From: Alphaproteobacteria bacterium | Lineage (GTDB): Bacteria; Pseudomonadota; Alphaproteobacteria; UBA8366; Aestuariispiraceae | Direction: 5' to 3' | Assembly (NCBI GenBank): GCA_024743195.1 | Contig: JANSXE010000011.1 | Location: 54,335-118,334, forward strand | Length of the DNA: 64,000 nt | Part shown: positions 29,638 to 40,086 of the stretch, piece after piece | How the letters are laid out: every line of letters starts with the position of its first letter | Position numbering within the stretch: position 1 is the stretch's first letter | Made by a program: the position numbers and the translations under genes | Notes under the pieces: generated by a model | Told to the model about the DNA's origin: nothing | What the model saw: only the letters and a program-made list of their open reading frames with translations | Databases searched by the model: none

Positions 29638-30426
29638 TCAATCCGTCAGGAAGTCTTCGACGAGGCGCAGGAAGGGTTGCGGCGCCTCGGCGTGGACCCA
29701 ATGGCCGGCGTCCGGGATCGTCTCGATGTCGGCGAGCGGAAAGAGCCGTTCGATCTCCGCCTGATGGTGCGGACCGATATAGTCGGATCGGCCGCCGGCC
29801 ACGAACAGCGTCGGCGCCTCGTAGGGCGGATGCTCGTCGGTGTCGATGAAATCCTCGATATGGGCCATGTTGGCGGCGAGCGCCGCCAGATTCGGCTTCC
29901 AGCGCAGGCCGTCCCGCGAGACGTCCAGATTGGTCAGCAGGAAGGCGCGCACCGCATCGTCGGGCACGGCCCGCTTCAGGGCCGCGTCGACCTCCGAGCG
30001 GCGCTCGAAGGGGCTGAGGTCCAGATCGCGCAGCATCTCGGCGTAGTGCGTCAGGTCGGCCGACAGGCTGGGCGCGGGCGCGATGTCGACGACGATCAGG
30101 CGCTCGAGCAGTTCCGGCCGGTTGAGCGCAAGGGTCATCGAAGCCTTGCCGCCCATGGAGTGCCCCAGCACCACGGCCGGCCCGCCGCCGAGGCGCTCCT
30201 CGATCAGATGCGCGACGTCCTCCGCCATCGCCTCGTAATGCATGGCGTCGTCCCACGGGCTGTCGCCGTGATTGCGCAGGTCGGCGGCGATCACGGGCCG
30301 CGTGCGGGCGAGCTGCTTCATCAGCCCGCCCCAGTTCTTCTTGGCCCCGAACAGCCCGTGCAGGATCACGAGCGGCGGCCCGGGACGGTCCGTCCCGGCC
30401 TCCGTGACGGCGAGCGGCAGCGGCAT
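29638..30426 (-). CDS. Alpha/beta hydrolase (ABHD11/YbfF-like esterase)
   Basis: 262 aa with LVILHGLFG, the nucleophile elbow GHSMGGK, and a C-terminal DAGHWVHAE catalytic His. Confidence 0.75.
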   Translation of the reverse strand: MPLPLAVTEAGTDRPGPPLVILHGLFGAKKNWGGLMKQLARTRPVIAADLRNHGDSPWDDAMHYEAMAEDVAHLIEERLGGGPAVVLGHSMGGKASMTLALNRPELLERLIVVDIAPAPSLSADLTHYAEMLRDLDLSPFERRSEVDAALKRAVPDDAVRAFLLTNLDVSRDGLRWKPNLAALAANMAHIEDFIDTDEHPPYEAPTLFVAGGRSDYIGPHHQAEIERLFPLADIETIPDAGHWVHAEAPQPFLRLVEDFLTD

Positions 30427-30557
30427 GACGCGTCGAGCCTTTCCTTCCGGCGCGCGGACGACTAAGAGAAACCATCTGTCGGCGGACGCGCTATCGAACC
30501 ACCCGCCGACCGCGCAGGCAAGGCGCGGCGTCTCGCCGCCAACCGCTCTCTGGAACG

Positions 30558-31307
30558 ATGGACCCGGTCTTCTTCTCCGTCATGTTGGGCGGCGCCTTGG
30601 TCGCCGGGTTCGTTTCGGGCCTGACGGGCCTGGGAACCGCGCTGATCGCGCTCAGCCTCTGGCTCTTCGTGGCCGAGCCGGCCTTCGCCGTGCCGATCGC
30701 CGCGACCATCGCGGTCGCCTGCCACGTGACGACGCTCGCCTTCGTGCGCCGGGGGGTGGTCTGGGCGCGCCTCAAGCCGTTCCTGATCGGCGGCCTGGTC
30801 GGGCTGCCGGCCGGCGTTCTGCTGCTGCCGCTGCTGGACCGGGAGACGGTGAAGCTCGGGCTGGGGCTCTTCCTGGTCGCGTATTGCAGCTATGGGCTCC
30901 TGGTGCGCAAACCGCCTCTGGTGCGCGGCGGGGGACGCCTCGCCGACGGGCTGGTCGGCGCCGGCGGCGGCTTTTTCGGCGGGCTGCTCAGCATCTCCGG
31001 CCCGCTGCCGACCATATGGGCGGGCCTGCGCGGTTGGCCGAAAGACGAGCAGCGCGGCGTCTATCAGCCCTTCAATCTGATCGTGCTGCTGACCGCGGCG
31101 GTCGGCCATTACGCCAGCGGCCGGGTCGCCGCCGCGGATGCGGGCCTGATCCTGGGCGCAACGCTGGCCGCCGTCCTGGGCGCGCTCGCAGGGCTCGCGG
31201 TCTATCGCCGGGCGTCGGACGCGCAGTTCCGCCGCTACGTGTTGGGCATGCTGCTGCTGGCCGGGGTGAGCCTGACGGCGGAGCGGGCGGCGGCGCTGAT
31301 CGGGTAG
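30558..31307 (+). CDS. TauE/SafE (DUF81) family anion exporter
   Basis: 249 aa with 7-8 TM helices and the repeated glycine-rich blocks GFVSGLTGLGTA and GAGGGFFGGLLSISGP. Confidence 0.75.
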   Translation: MDPVFFSVMLGGALVAGFVSGLTGLGTALIALSLWLFVAEPAFAVPIAATIAVACHVTTLAFVRRGVVWARLKPFLIGGLVGLPAGVLLLPLLDRETVKLGLGLFLVAYCSYGLLVRKPPLVRGGGRLADGLVGAGGGFFGGLLSISGPLPTIWAGLRGWPKDEQRGVYQPFNLIVLLTAAVGHYASGRVAAADAGLILGATLAAVLGALAGLAVYRRASDAQFRRYVLGMLLLAGVSLTAERAAALIG

Positions 31308-31314
31308 CGATCGG

Positions 31315-32868
31315 CTACAGATCGAAGCTCAACTGATCGCGCGCGGCCGCACGGCGTTCGGCGGCCGCGCGCTCCCGCCGCCCGCCCGTCTGCGCCAGGC
31401 CGGAGCGGCGCGAGCCGAGGCGCTCTTGGATGGCGTCGGCCGCCGCGCGATAGCCGGCGCTGCGGCGCGCGTCGGCGATGCGCGCGCGCGCCGTCGCGCC
31501 GGCCTGCTTCAGATCGACGATCGGCGCCGGATAACCGGGCGCGGCGCGCGGGTCCCGCCAGGGCTCCTGGACCAGCTTCGGATCGTCCAGATGGGCCAGT
31601 TCCGTGATCCATCGCCGGATGAAGCGGCCGTCGGGATCGTGATCCCATCCCTGTTTCACCGGATTGTAGAGCCGCGGCGTATTCACGCCCGTCGTCCCGG
31701 ACTGCATCTGCATCTGGCTGTAATGGATTCCCGGCTCGTAGTCGGTGAAGAGCTGCGCGAGGCGCAAGGCCGGCTCCCGCCAATGCAGCCAGAGATGATA
31801 GGCCGCGAAGGAGACCAGCATCGCCCGCATGCGGAAATTGATCCAGCCGGTCGCCTCCAGCATCCGCATGGAGGCGTCGACCATCGGGAAGCCCGTCCGG
31901 CCTTCGGCCCAGGCCGCGAACGGGGCGGGCTCGAAGGCGTCCTCGCGCAGACCGTCATAGGCGGGGTGGAGGTTGCGGACCTCGATCTCCGGCGCGCTCT
32001 CCAGCTTCTGGATGAAGTGGCAATGCCAGTGCAGCCGCGCGTCCAGGGCCTTGAGCGCCGCGGGCCAACTCCCGCGCTCCGCCGGCGGCTCCGCACGCCG
32101 GGCGCGCCGGGCGGCGCGCACCATCTGCACGACCTCCTTCATGGACAGCGTCCCGTAGGCCAGATGGGCGGAGAGGCGGGAGCAAGCCGCCTCCGCCGTC
32201 AGCGGGCTGGACATCTCCTGGTGATAGCGCGCGCCGCGCCGATCGAGGAAGCTTCGCAGCAGGTCCTCGGCGGCGGCGCGCCCGCCCCGCTGGCGGCCGG
32301 GACAAGCGTCCGCGGCGGCGAGACCCGGCGCGGCGTCGGGCAGGGCGCCCGGGTCTAGACCTGCGGGAAGGGGCGGCAGGGCCGGCGGCGTGTCGACTTG
32401 TGGCGCGGCCATCTCCCGCTCCCAGCGCGCGGCCCAGCCGTCGCGGTCTCTGAGGCCGCGAAAGACGCCTACTTGGCGATGCTCCGTCATCGCGACGCCG
32501 GCGGCGCGCGCCCAGGCCCGGACCGCCCGGTCGCGCGCATAGGTCCAGCCGGTCCCGGTCTCCTCATGGGCGTGGATCGCGGCGAGGCCGAAGCGGGCCT
32601 GCAGGTCCTGCAGCACCGGAACCGCCTCTCCGACCCGGAGGACGAGCGGCGCGCCGAGCGCGGCGAAGGCCGCGCGCGCCTCCTCCAGGCTCTCCCGCAG
32701 AAAGGCCCAATGGCGCCCCGACCGGTCCGGCTGGCGCCACAGGTCGGGCTCCAGGATGTAAAGCGGAACGAGCGGCGCTCGGGTTTCCGCGGCGCGCGCG
32801 GCGGCGGCGAGCGCCGCGTTGTCCGCGACCCGCAGATCGCGCTTCAGCCAGAGGAGCGTGATGGGCAT
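31315..32868 (-). CDS. Cryptochrome/DNA photolyase family flavoprotein (class not assigned)
   Basis: 517 aa from the ATG at 32868. N-terminal LLWLKRDLRVADNAAL; FAD-domain blocks SRLSAHLAYG, TGFPMVDASMRMLEATGWINFRMRAMLVSF and DPDGRFIRRWITEL. The listed 816-aa ORF is a 5' over-extension. Confidence 0.8.
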   Translation of the reverse strand: MPITLLWLKRDLRVADNAALAAAARAAETRAPLVPLYILEPDLWRQPDRSGRHWAFLRESLEEARAAFAALGAPLVLRVGEAVPVLQDLQARFGLAAIHAHEETGTGWTYARDRAVRAWARAAGVAMTEHRQVGVFRGLRDRDGWAARWEREMAAPQVDTPPALPPLPAGLDPGALPDAAPGLAAADACPGRQRGGRAAAEDLLRSFLDRRGARYHQEMSSPLTAEAACSRLSAHLAYGTLSMKEVVQMVRAARRARRAEPPAERGSWPAALKALDARLHWHCHFIQKLESAPEIEVRNLHPAYDGLREDAFEPAPFAAWAEGRTGFPMVDASMRMLEATGWINFRMRAMLVSFAAYHLWLHWREPALRLAQLFTDYEPGIHYSQMQMQSGTTGVNTPRLYNPVKQGWDHDPDGRFIRRWITELAHLDDPKLVQEPWRDPRAAPGYPAPIVDLKQAGATARARIADARRSAGYRAAADAIQERLGSRRSGLAQTGGRRERAAAERRAAARDQLSFDL

Positions 32869-32994
32869 GACCTCCGACAGTACGGACGCGGCTGTTCCCC
32901 GGATCGCCCGCACGCTCGATTGACAGCGCATCCGGGGGCGGCTATCCGCCGGGGATCGGCCCCCGCGCCTCCCGATCGATTGGACCCGCCGCCC

Positions 32995-34248
32995 ATGTAC
33001 GAGAACCCGGTCATAACCGTCGTCGGCCTCGGCTATGTCGGCCTGCCGCTCGCGGTCGCGCTCGCCCGCCATTTCGAAGTGATGGGCTATGACATCGACG
33101 AAAGCCGCATCGCCGAACTGCGCGCGGGCGTCGACCGAACCGGAGAGTTGAGCCGGGGCGAACTGACGGACAGCCGCCTCGAATACGTCGCCGACCCGGA
33201 GGCGCTGAAGGAGAGCCATCTCTTCATCATCACCGTCCCGACGCCGGTGGACGCGGAGAACAAGCCCGATCTGCGCGCGGTCGAGAGCGCTTCGCGCTTC
33301 GTCGGCTCGCTGATCCGGCTCGGCTCGATCGTGGTCTATGAGAGCACGGTCTATCCCGGCTGCACCGAGGAGTTCTGCGCCCCGATCCTGGAGGCGGAAT
33401 CCGGCCTGATCGCGGGCCAGGACTTCTATCTCGGCTACTCGCCCGAGCGCATCAATCCGGGCGACAAGGTGCATCGGGTCGACAGCATCACCAAGGTCGT
33501 CGCCGGCCAGACCGAGAAGGTCGCCCAGCTGCTGGGTCAGATCTACGGCGCGATGAACAATAACGACGTCTTCATCGCCCGCGACATCAAGACCGCCGAG
33601 GCGTCTAAGGCGATCGAGAACGCGCAACGCGACATCAACATCGCCTTCGTCAACGAGATCGCGGAGATCTTCGGCCGCATGGGAATCTCCGTCTACGACG
33701 TGCTGGAGGCGGCGCGCACCAAGTGGAACTTCCTGCCCTTCTCCCCCGGGCTGGTGGGCGGCCACTGCATCGGGGTCGATCCCTACTACCTCGCCTACGC
33801 GGCGCAGAAGGCGGGGGTCGAGCCGCGCGTCATCCTCTCAGGCCGCCGGATCAACGACGGGATGGCGCAATGGATCGCCGACCGAATCTGCGAGGCGGCG
33901 CCGCAGGCCGCCCGGATCCTGATCCTGGGCTTCACCTTCAAGGAGAACGTGCCCGACATCCGCAACACGAAGGTGATCGACCTGCTGCGCGCGCTGGAGG
34001 CCGCCGGGCACAGCGTGGAGGTCTACGATCCCGTGGCCGACGCTGCGGAGATCCGCGCGGAGTACGGGATCGAGGTGGTCGACGCGCCCGACCTCGCCTA
34101 TGACGCCGTGGTCGGCGCCGTGCCGCACAGCGGCTTCGCGGAGCTTCCTCTGCGCGGGTTGCTGAAACCCGGCGGTCTGGTCGCCGACGTGAAGGGAATC
34201 TGGCGCAAGCGCTCGATCCCCGAGGGCTTGCGCTACTGGACCCTGTGA
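32995..34248 (+). CDS. Nucleotide-sugar dehydrogenase (UDP-glucose/GDP-mannose dehydrogenase family, TviB/WbpO-like)
   Basis: 417 aa from ATG 32995, with Rossmann VVGLGYVGLPLAVA and the catalytic Cys region GLVGGHCIGVDPYYL. Confidence 0.85.
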   Translation: MYENPVITVVGLGYVGLPLAVALARHFEVMGYDIDESRIAELRAGVDRTGELSRGELTDSRLEYVADPEALKESHLFIITVPTPVDAENKPDLRAVESASRFVGSLIRLGSIVVYESTVYPGCTEEFCAPILEAESGLIAGQDFYLGYSPERINPGDKVHRVDSITKVVAGQTEKVAQLLGQIYGAMNNNDVFIARDIKTAEASKAIENAQRDINIAFVNEIAEIFGRMGISVYDVLEAARTKWNFLPFSPGLVGGHCIGVDPYYLAYAAQKAGVEPRVILSGRRINDGMAQWIADRICEAAPQAARILILGFTFKENVPDIRNTKVIDLLRALEAAGHSVEVYDPVADAAEIRAEYGIEVVDAPDLAYDAVVGAVPHSGFAELPLRGLLKPGGLVADVKGIWRKRSIPEGLRYWTL

Positions 34249-34267
34249 GCGGCGCGCCCGCAATCGC

Positions 34268-34840
34268 CTAGCCGAGCACGCCCGCGCGCATCGAGATCAC
34301 CAAGAGACCCAGGAAGAAGTCGCCCGCCGTCATCGCCACCGCGATCATCACAGGCGCGTCGAACGCCATGCGGGCGAGCCGGATGCGGAACAGCAGCATC
34401 CAGAAGGTGAGCACGATCCCCGGCAGGCCGAGCGTCCCGCCTTCGATCCCGAAGATCAGAAGGATCGCGCTCGCGATCAGCGCGACCGGGACGGCGACCC
34501 AGTTGTAGGCGGCGATATAGCGCGCATAGCGCTCCGGCTTCTGCAGCAGGTCGGCGATCATCACCATGGCCAGCGGCCAATAGACCACATCGATGGCGTA
34601 GGCCGACAGGTCGGCGACGACCCGCGTCAGGAACCCCGCCTCGCCCGCCGTCGGATCGTCGGTGAAGGTCATGATCAACAGGTGCAGCGGCAGCACCAGG
34701 ATCGGTCCCCAGAAGCTTTTCCAGACGCTTGGAATGTCGTCGCCGAAGCGGTCGAGTTGTTTGGGATCGAAGGTCAGGAACAGGCGGAAGGCCGCCTGAA
34801 TCTTGCCGGCCGCTTCGGCGGGGGAGATCGGTTTCAGCAT
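34268..34840 (-). CDS. Hypothetical polytopic membrane protein
   Basis: 190 aa from the ATG at 34840, with about 5 hydrophobic helices. It lies 21 nt downstream of dapE on the same strand. The listed 640-aa ORF is an artefactual extension over dapE in another frame. Confidence 0.5.
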   Translation of the reverse strand: MLKPISPAEAAGKIQAAFRLFLTFDPKQLDRFGDDIPSVWKSFWGPILVLPLHLLIMTFTDDPTAGEAGFLTRVVADLSAYAIDVVYWPLAMVMIADLLQKPERYARYIAAYNWVAVPVALIASAILLIFGIEGGTLGLPGIVLTFWMLLFRIRLARMAFDAPVMIAVAMTAGDFFLGLLVISMRAGVLG

Positions 34841-34860
34841 CGCCTCCCGCCTCCGGCCCG

Positions 34861-36075
34861 TCAGGCCCGCTCGAAAAAGCCGGCGATCACCCGGCGATAG
34901 ATGCGCGAGAGCGCCTCGATGTCGGCGGTCGCGACCCGCTCGTCGACCTGATGCATGGTCTGGCCGACCAGGCCGAAATCCACCACCATCGGGCAGTAGT
35001 CCTTGATGAAGCGGCTGTCGGAGGTGCCGCCGGTGGTGCTGAGCTCCACGCGCCGGCCGGTCTCCGCCTCGCAGGCCTCCGCGATCAGGTCGCTGAGCAG
35101 GCCCGGCGGGGTCAGGAAGCTTTCGCCGGAGATGCGGACGTTGAAGTCGTAGCGCGCGTCCTCGCCCGCCGCTTCGGCCAGCAGGTCGCGCAGCCGCGCT
35201 TCCAGCGCGGCGCCCGTGTGCAGATCGTTGAAGCGGATGTTGAAGACCGCCGACGCCTTGCCCGGCACAATGTTGGTCGCCGTGTTGCCGACGTCGATCG
35301 TGGAGATCGCGAGCGTCGAAGGCTGGAAATGCTCCGACCCCTGGTCCAGCTCCATCGCCAGCAGCGCGTTCAGCATGCGCACCAGCCGATGCGCCGCGTT
35401 GTCGGCCAGGTGGACGTAGCCGGTGTGGCCCTGCACGCCGTGCACGGTGAGGAAGCCGTTCAGGCTGCCGCGGCGGCCGATCTTCATCATCTCGCCGAGC
35501 GCCGAGGGATTGGTCGGCTCGCCGGTGATGCAGGCGTCGATCGACTCGCCCCGCGCGGCCAGCGCCGGCAGCATCTTGCGCGTGCCGTTGATGGACGGCC
35601 CCTCCTCGTCGCCGGTGATCAGGAGGCTGATCGAGCCGCGGCCCGGACCCGCCTGCGGGTCGGCCAGATAATCGGCGGCCGCGGCGGCGAAACTGGCGAT
35701 CGCGCCCTTCATGTCGGCGGCCCCGCGGCCATAGAGCACGCCGTCGCGGACTTCGGCCGCGAAGGGGTCGGCGCTCCAGCGCTCGGCGTCGCCGACCGGC
35801 ACCACGTCGGTATGCCCGGCGAAGCAGAGATTTGGCCCCTCCGTCCCGAAGCGGGCGTAGAGATTGTCGACGGGCGCCGTTCCCTCCTCCTCGAAGGGCA
35901 GGCGCAGGCAATCGAACCCCAGCCCCTCCAGAATGCGCTGCAGCAGGTCGAGCGCGCCGCCGTCGGCCGGCGTCACGCTCTCGCAGCGGATCAGGTCGCG
36001 CGCCAGCGCGACCGGGTCGAGGCGGGGCGCGTCCCGAGGGGGCTCGGCGCGCTCTGAGGCGGTTTGATCGACCAT
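34861..36075 (-). CDS. dapE: Succinyl-diaminopimelate desuccinylase
   Basis: 404 aa, M20 peptidase. [35 protein letters not shown] and [10 protein letters not shown] are typical DapE. Confidence 0.9.
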   Translation of the reverse strand: MVDQTASERAEPPRDAPRLDPVALARDLIRCESVTPADGGALDLLQRILEGLGFDCLRLPFEEEGTAPVDNLYARFGTEGPNLCFAGHTDVVPVGDAERWSADPFAAEVRDGVLYGRGAADMKGAIASFAAAAADYLADPQAGPGRGSISLLITGDEEGPSINGTRKMLPALAARGESIDACITGEPTNPSALGEMMKIGRRGSLNGFLTVHGVQGHTGYVHLADNAAHRLVRMLNALLAMELDQGSEHFQPSTLAISTIDVGNTATNIVPGKASAVFNIRFNDLHTGAALEARLRDLLAEAAGEDARYDFNVRISGESFLTPPGLLSDLIAEACEAETGRRVELSTTGGTSDSRFIKDYCPMVVDFGLVGQTMHQVDERVATADIEALSRIYRRVIAGFFERA

Positions 36076-36134
36076 GCTCGACGATATAGGGCGGCGGGGT
36101 CCGTTTGGGCAGGGGGCCCGGCGCGCCTAAAGCC

Positions 36135-36983
36135 TCAGGTTCGCAAAAGCTCGGTGATCGAGGTCTTGGAGCGGGTGCGCTCGTCGACATGCTTCACGAT
36201 CACGGCGCAGTAGAGGCCCGGCCCCGGACTGCCGTCCGGCAGCGGCTTGCCGGGCATGGTTCCCGGCACAACGACGGAGTTGGCCGGCACGCGCCCGGTG
36301 AAGATCTCGCCCGTGGTGCGGTCGACGATCTTGGTGGAGGCGCCGATATAGACGCCCATCGAGAGGACGGCGCCGCTTTCGACGATCACGCCTTCCGCCA
36401 CCTCGGCGCGGGCGCCGATGAAGCAGTTGTCCTCGATAATGACGGGGCCGGCCTGCAAGGGCTCCAGCACGCCGCCGATTCCGGCGCCGCCGGAGAGATG
36501 GACGTTCTTGCCGATCTGCGCGCAGGAGCCGACCGTCGCCCAGGTGTCGACCATCGTCCCCTCGTCGACATAGGCGCCCAGATTGACGAAGCTCGGCATC
36601 AGCACGACGCCTTTGGCGATGTAGGCCGAGCGGCGCACCACGCAGTTCGGCACCGCGCGGAACCCGGCGGCGCGGAACTCCGTCTCGCCCCAGCCCGAGA
36701 ACTTGCTGGGCACCTTGTCCCACCAATTGGCGTCTCCGCCGGGGCCGCCGGCGATGGTCGTCATGTCGTTCAGGCGGAACGAAAGCAGCACCGCCTTCTT
36801 CAGCCACTGATTGACCGTCCAGCCCTCGGCGCCCTTCTCCGCGACGCGGGCCTTGCCCGAATCCAGCAGCGTCAGCGCCTCCTCGACCGCCTCGCGGATC
36901 TCCCCGCCGGTCTTGGCGTCGATCTCGCCCAGCTTGTTGTCGAAGGCGTCGTCGATCGTCGCCTGAAGGTCTTCATAGGCCAT
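36135..36983 (-). CDS. dapD: Tetrahydrodipicolinate N-succinyltransferase
   Basis: 282 aa with an N-terminal helical domain and hexapeptide-repeat left-handed beta-helix blocks, ending in KTSITELLR. Confidence 0.9.
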   Translation of the reverse strand: MAYEDLQATIDDAFDNKLGEIDAKTGGEIREAVEEALTLLDSGKARVAEKGAEGWTVNQWLKKAVLLSFRLNDMTTIAGGPGGDANWWDKVPSKFSGWGETEFRAAGFRAVPNCVVRRSAYIAKGVVLMPSFVNLGAYVDEGTMVDTWATVGSCAQIGKNVHLSGGAGIGGVLEPLQAGPVIIEDNCFIGARAEVAEGVIVESGAVLSMGVYIGASTKIVDRTTGEIFTGRVPANSVVVPGTMPGKPLPDGSPGPGLYCAVIVKHVDERTRSKTSITELLRT

Positions 36984-37110
36984 GATGGTCGCTCGCTCCT
37001 TACGATCCCTAGCGTCCCGCGGACGCCGCGCACTCTACCCGCGCTGGGTCCCGGGTCAAGCGACGCCGGCGGCGGCGAGAGAGGGATTTTTCGGGGCGGC
37101 TCGGCCCTCC

Positions 37111-37554
37111 CTATTTCACGATCACGACCGTGCAGTTGGCCAGTGAGGAGACCTTATGGCTGACGGAGCCGAGCAGCGTCGCCTCCATGTCCCCCTGGCC
37201 GCGGCTTCCGAGGACGGCGCAGTCGATCTTGTTGCGCCGGACGAAGTCCACGATGGTGCGGGCCGGATGGCCTTCCAGGACCACCGCTTCCACCTTCGCC
37301 GTCCCCTTCGCCTGGGCGCGCTTCTTGGCTTCGTTCAAGACGCCTTCCGTCATGGGCTCGAGCACATAGGTGGCCTCGCCCATCAGGCTTTCCTCCTTGA
37401 AGAATTCCTTCAGCCGAGGCGTCAGCGTCACCGGCTTGGCGACGGTCAGGAGCGTCAGCGTCCCGCCGAACTTCTGCGCCAGCTCGCTCGCCGCCTCGGC
37501 GGCGCGCAGCGAGTGTTCCGACCCGTCGACCGCGCACAGGATCTTCTTGAACAT
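37111..37554 (-). CDS. Universal stress protein (UspA family)
   Basis: 147 aa with MFKKILCAVDGSEHS and the C-terminal ATP-binding block GSRGQG...LGSVSHKV. Confidence 0.85.
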   Translation of the reverse strand: MFKKILCAVDGSEHSLRAAEAASELAQKFGGTLTLLTVAKPVTLTPRLKEFFKEESLMGEATYVLEPMTEGVLNEAKKRAQAKGTAKVEAVVLEGHPARTIVDFVRRNKIDCAVLGSRGQGDMEATLLGSVSHKVSSLANCTVVIVK

Positions 37555-37728
37555 CGGCTCTCTCCCCTTCCCCCGTTATCTGGCGCAGCGTCGCCGCCAG
37601 CTTAACCGCCTTGGTTTCACGAAGGCCACGGGAAAACTATCGCAGAAGCGCCTGTTTCGGCCGTTATCGGGCGGAGACGCGCCCCGACGACGCTTGCGCG
37701 CGCGCGAATCGCGGACTACGTAAGCGCC

Positions 37729-38394
37729 ATGCAGCAGCCGGTTCGCATCGCCCCCTCGATCCTGTCCGCCGACTTCGCAAAGCTGGGCGAGGAGGTGCGC
37801 GCGATCGACGCGGCCGGCGCCGACTACATCCATATCGACGTGATGGACGGCCATTTCGTGCCCAATATCACGATCGGGCCGGCCGTGGTGAAGGCGCTGC
37901 GCCCGCACAGCGCCAAGACCTTCGACGCGCATCTGATGATCGCCCCCGCGGACCCGTATCTGGAGGCCTTCGCGGAGGCCGGCGCCGACATCATCTCCGT
38001 CCATCCGGAAGCCGGACCGCACCTGCACCGCACGCTGCAGACGATCCGCGGGCTCGGCCGAAAGGCGGGGGTCGTGCTCAACCCCGCCACGCCGATCGCG
38101 GCCGTCGAGCCGGTGATGGATCTGGTCGATCTGATCCTGGTCATGTCGGTCAATCCCGGGTTCGGCGGCCAGAGCTTCATCGACAGTCAGGTGCCGAAGA
38201 TCGAACGCCTGCGCGCCCTGATCGACGCCACCGGACGGACCATCGACCTGGAAGTCGACGGCGGCGTGAACGCGCAGACGGCGCGGCGCTGCATCGACGC
38301 CGGCGCCGACGTGCTGGTCGCCGGCAGCGCGACCTTCGCGGGCGGTCCGGACGCCTACGCCGACAATATCCGGCGCCTGCGCGGCGCCTGCTGA
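37729..38394 (+). CDS. rpe: Ribulose-phosphate 3-epimerase
   Basis: 221 aa with [28 protein letters not shown] and [12 protein letters not shown]. Confidence 0.93.
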   Translation: MQQPVRIAPSILSADFAKLGEEVRAIDAAGADYIHIDVMDGHFVPNITIGPAVVKALRPHSAKTFDAHLMIAPADPYLEAFAEAGADIISVHPEAGPHLHRTLQTIRGLGRKAGVVLNPATPIAAVEPVMDLVDLILVMSVNPGFGGQSFIDSQVPKIERLRALIDATGRTIDLEVDGGVNAQTARRCIDAGADVLVAGSATFAGGPDAYADNIRRLRGAC

Positions 38395-38417
38395 CCCCAT
38401 GCAGATCGGGTCCCGCC

Positions 38418-40079
38418 ATGGATGAGGATCCCCGCCCGCCAAACGCCTTCTGGTCCGGGTTGAAGTACGGCGCGGTGCGGCTGGCCCGCGGCGCCGGGGT
38501 CTATAGCGCGACGCTGGCCGGGCGGCGCGCCCCGCCCCCGGCGGTGGCGCTTCCGACGCCCTTCGCCGGCGATCCGGAGCGCGGCCGGCAGATTCTGGAA
38601 GGGGCCTTCTCCTTCGCCGGCGAGCGCATCGCGCAGGCCCGCAATCCGTGGACCGCCGTGGGCGCCGGCCCCGGCTGGTTGGCGCAGGCGAACGGCTTCG
38701 CTTGGCTAGGCGACCTCGCCGCGCATGGCGGGGCGGCCGCGCAGGCGCGCGCCCGCGGGCTGGTCGTCGATTGGGCGGCGGCCGATGCGGCCGGATCGCT
38801 CGCGGAGTCGGAGATCGCCTGGCGCGCCGACGTGACCGGCCGGCGGGTGTGGTCCTGGTTGGCGCGCTACGGCTGGCTGGTCGAGGGCGCGGCCGAGACG
38901 GAGCGCGATGCGCTGCTCGACAGCCTGGGACGGCAGGTTCGGCATCTGAGTCGGGTCGTCGGGCGCGAGGGGGTCGACGAAGAGCGCCTGACCGGCGTCG
39001 CCGGCTTCGTCGCCGCCTGCCTCTGCCTGCCCAATTGGGCGGGCGCGCGGGGCGAGGCGGTCGGGCTCTTGGCGGAGGAGCTGAGCCGCGCCGTGCTGCC
39101 GGACGGCTGCCACGCGACGCGCAGCCCGCGCGTCCAGCTTCAGGTGCTCGAGGATCTGACGGCCCTGCGCGAGGCCTTCCGGGCCGCGCAGCAGGAGACG
39201 CCGGCGGCGCTGCAGAGCGCGATCGACCGCATGGCGCCGATGCTGCGCTTCTTCCGGCACGGCGACGGCGGTCTGGCGCTGTTCAACGACAGTCGGGAGG
39301 GCGACCCGGCGGAGATCGATTCCGTCCTGGCGCTTGCCGACGCGCGGGGCCGTCCGCCGAGGCGCGCGCCGCACGGCGGCTTCGAACGCCTGGTCGCCGG
39401 GCGCCTGACGGTGCTGATGGACGCCGGCGCGCCGCCGCCGGCCGGCTATGACGGCCACGCCCACGCCGGGGTTCTCTCGCTCGAAATCAGCGCCGGCGCG
39501 GAGCGGCTTGTCGTCAATTGCGGCGCCGCGACCCGGCCGGACGGCGACTGGTCGTCCGCGCAACGCGCGACGGCGGCGCACTCGACCCTCGGCCTCGCGG
39601 ACACCAACAGCTCCGAGGTGCTGACCCAGGCGCGACGGCTGGGCAAACGCCGGGCGCGCACCGAATGCGACCGGCGCGAGGCCGACGACAGCATCTGGGT
39701 CGAGGCCGGCCACGACGGCTACTGGACCGGGTTCGGGGCGAGCGTGCGTCGGCGGCTGTTCCTGGCCGCCGCCGGCGACGATCTGCGCGGCGAGGACAGC
39801 GTCGACGGCGCCGACGGCCAGCCCTTCACCATCCGCTTCCACCTGCACCCGAAGGTTCAGGTCTCCCTGCTGCACACACACACGGCCGCGCTCTTGCGCA
39901 CGCCGTCGGGACAGGGCTGGCGGCTGCGGGCCGTCGGGGCGGACATGGCGTTGACCGACAGCGTCTATCTCGGCCGCGGCGAGGGCAAGCGCACGCAGCA
40001 GATCATCCTGACCGGCGTCGTCGGACCCGAGGGCGCGCAGGTGAAATGGGCGCTGCAGCGCGAGGCGAAGAAGGGCTGA
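38418..40079 (+). CDS. Heparinase II/III-like family protein (conserved alphaproteobacterial)
   Basis: 553 aa from ATG 38418, which is in frame with the longer listed ORF. The mid-region has LPDGCHATRSP and FRHGDGGLALFNDS, and the C-terminal HAHAGVLSLE block is typical of heparinase II/III C-terminal domains. Confidence 0.65.
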   Translation: MDEDPRPPNAFWSGLKYGAVRLARGAGVYSATLAGRRAPPPAVALPTPFAGDPERGRQILEGAFSFAGERIAQARNPWTAVGAGPGWLAQANGFAWLGDLAAHGGAAAQARARGLVVDWAAADAAGSLAESEIAWRADVTGRRVWSWLARYGWLVEGAAETERDALLDSLGRQVRHLSRVVGREGVDEERLTGVAGFVAACLCLPNWAGARGEAVGLLAEELSRAVLPDGCHATRSPRVQLQVLEDLTALREAFRAAQQETPAALQSAIDRMAPMLRFFRHGDGGLALFNDSREGDPAEIDSVLALADARGRPPRRAPHGGFERLVAGRLTVLMDAGAPPPAGYDGHAHAGVLSLEISAGAERLVVNCGAATRPDGDWSSAQRATAAHSTLGLADTNSSEVLTQARRLGKRRARTECDRREADDSIWVEAGHDGYWTGFGASVRRRLFLAAAGDDLRGEDSVDGADGQPFTIRFHLHPKVQVSLLHTHTAALLRTPSGQGWRLRAVGADMALTDSVYLGRGEGKRTQQIILTGVVGPEGAQVKWALQREAKKG

Positions 40080-40086
40080 GCCGGCG

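Noticed and set aside
31315-33765. Over-long listed ORFs suggesting giant or fused proteins (31315..33765, 34268..36190, 37611..40079, 23635..25044, 24231..25976, 53609..55369, 58093..59820, 60009..61205, 40087..42153)
   Set aside because: In each case the recognisable protein begins at an internal ATG/GTG, often one forming a 1-4-nt overlap with the upstream gene stop. The upstream part overlaps a neighbouring gene or is low-complexity off-frame sequence.
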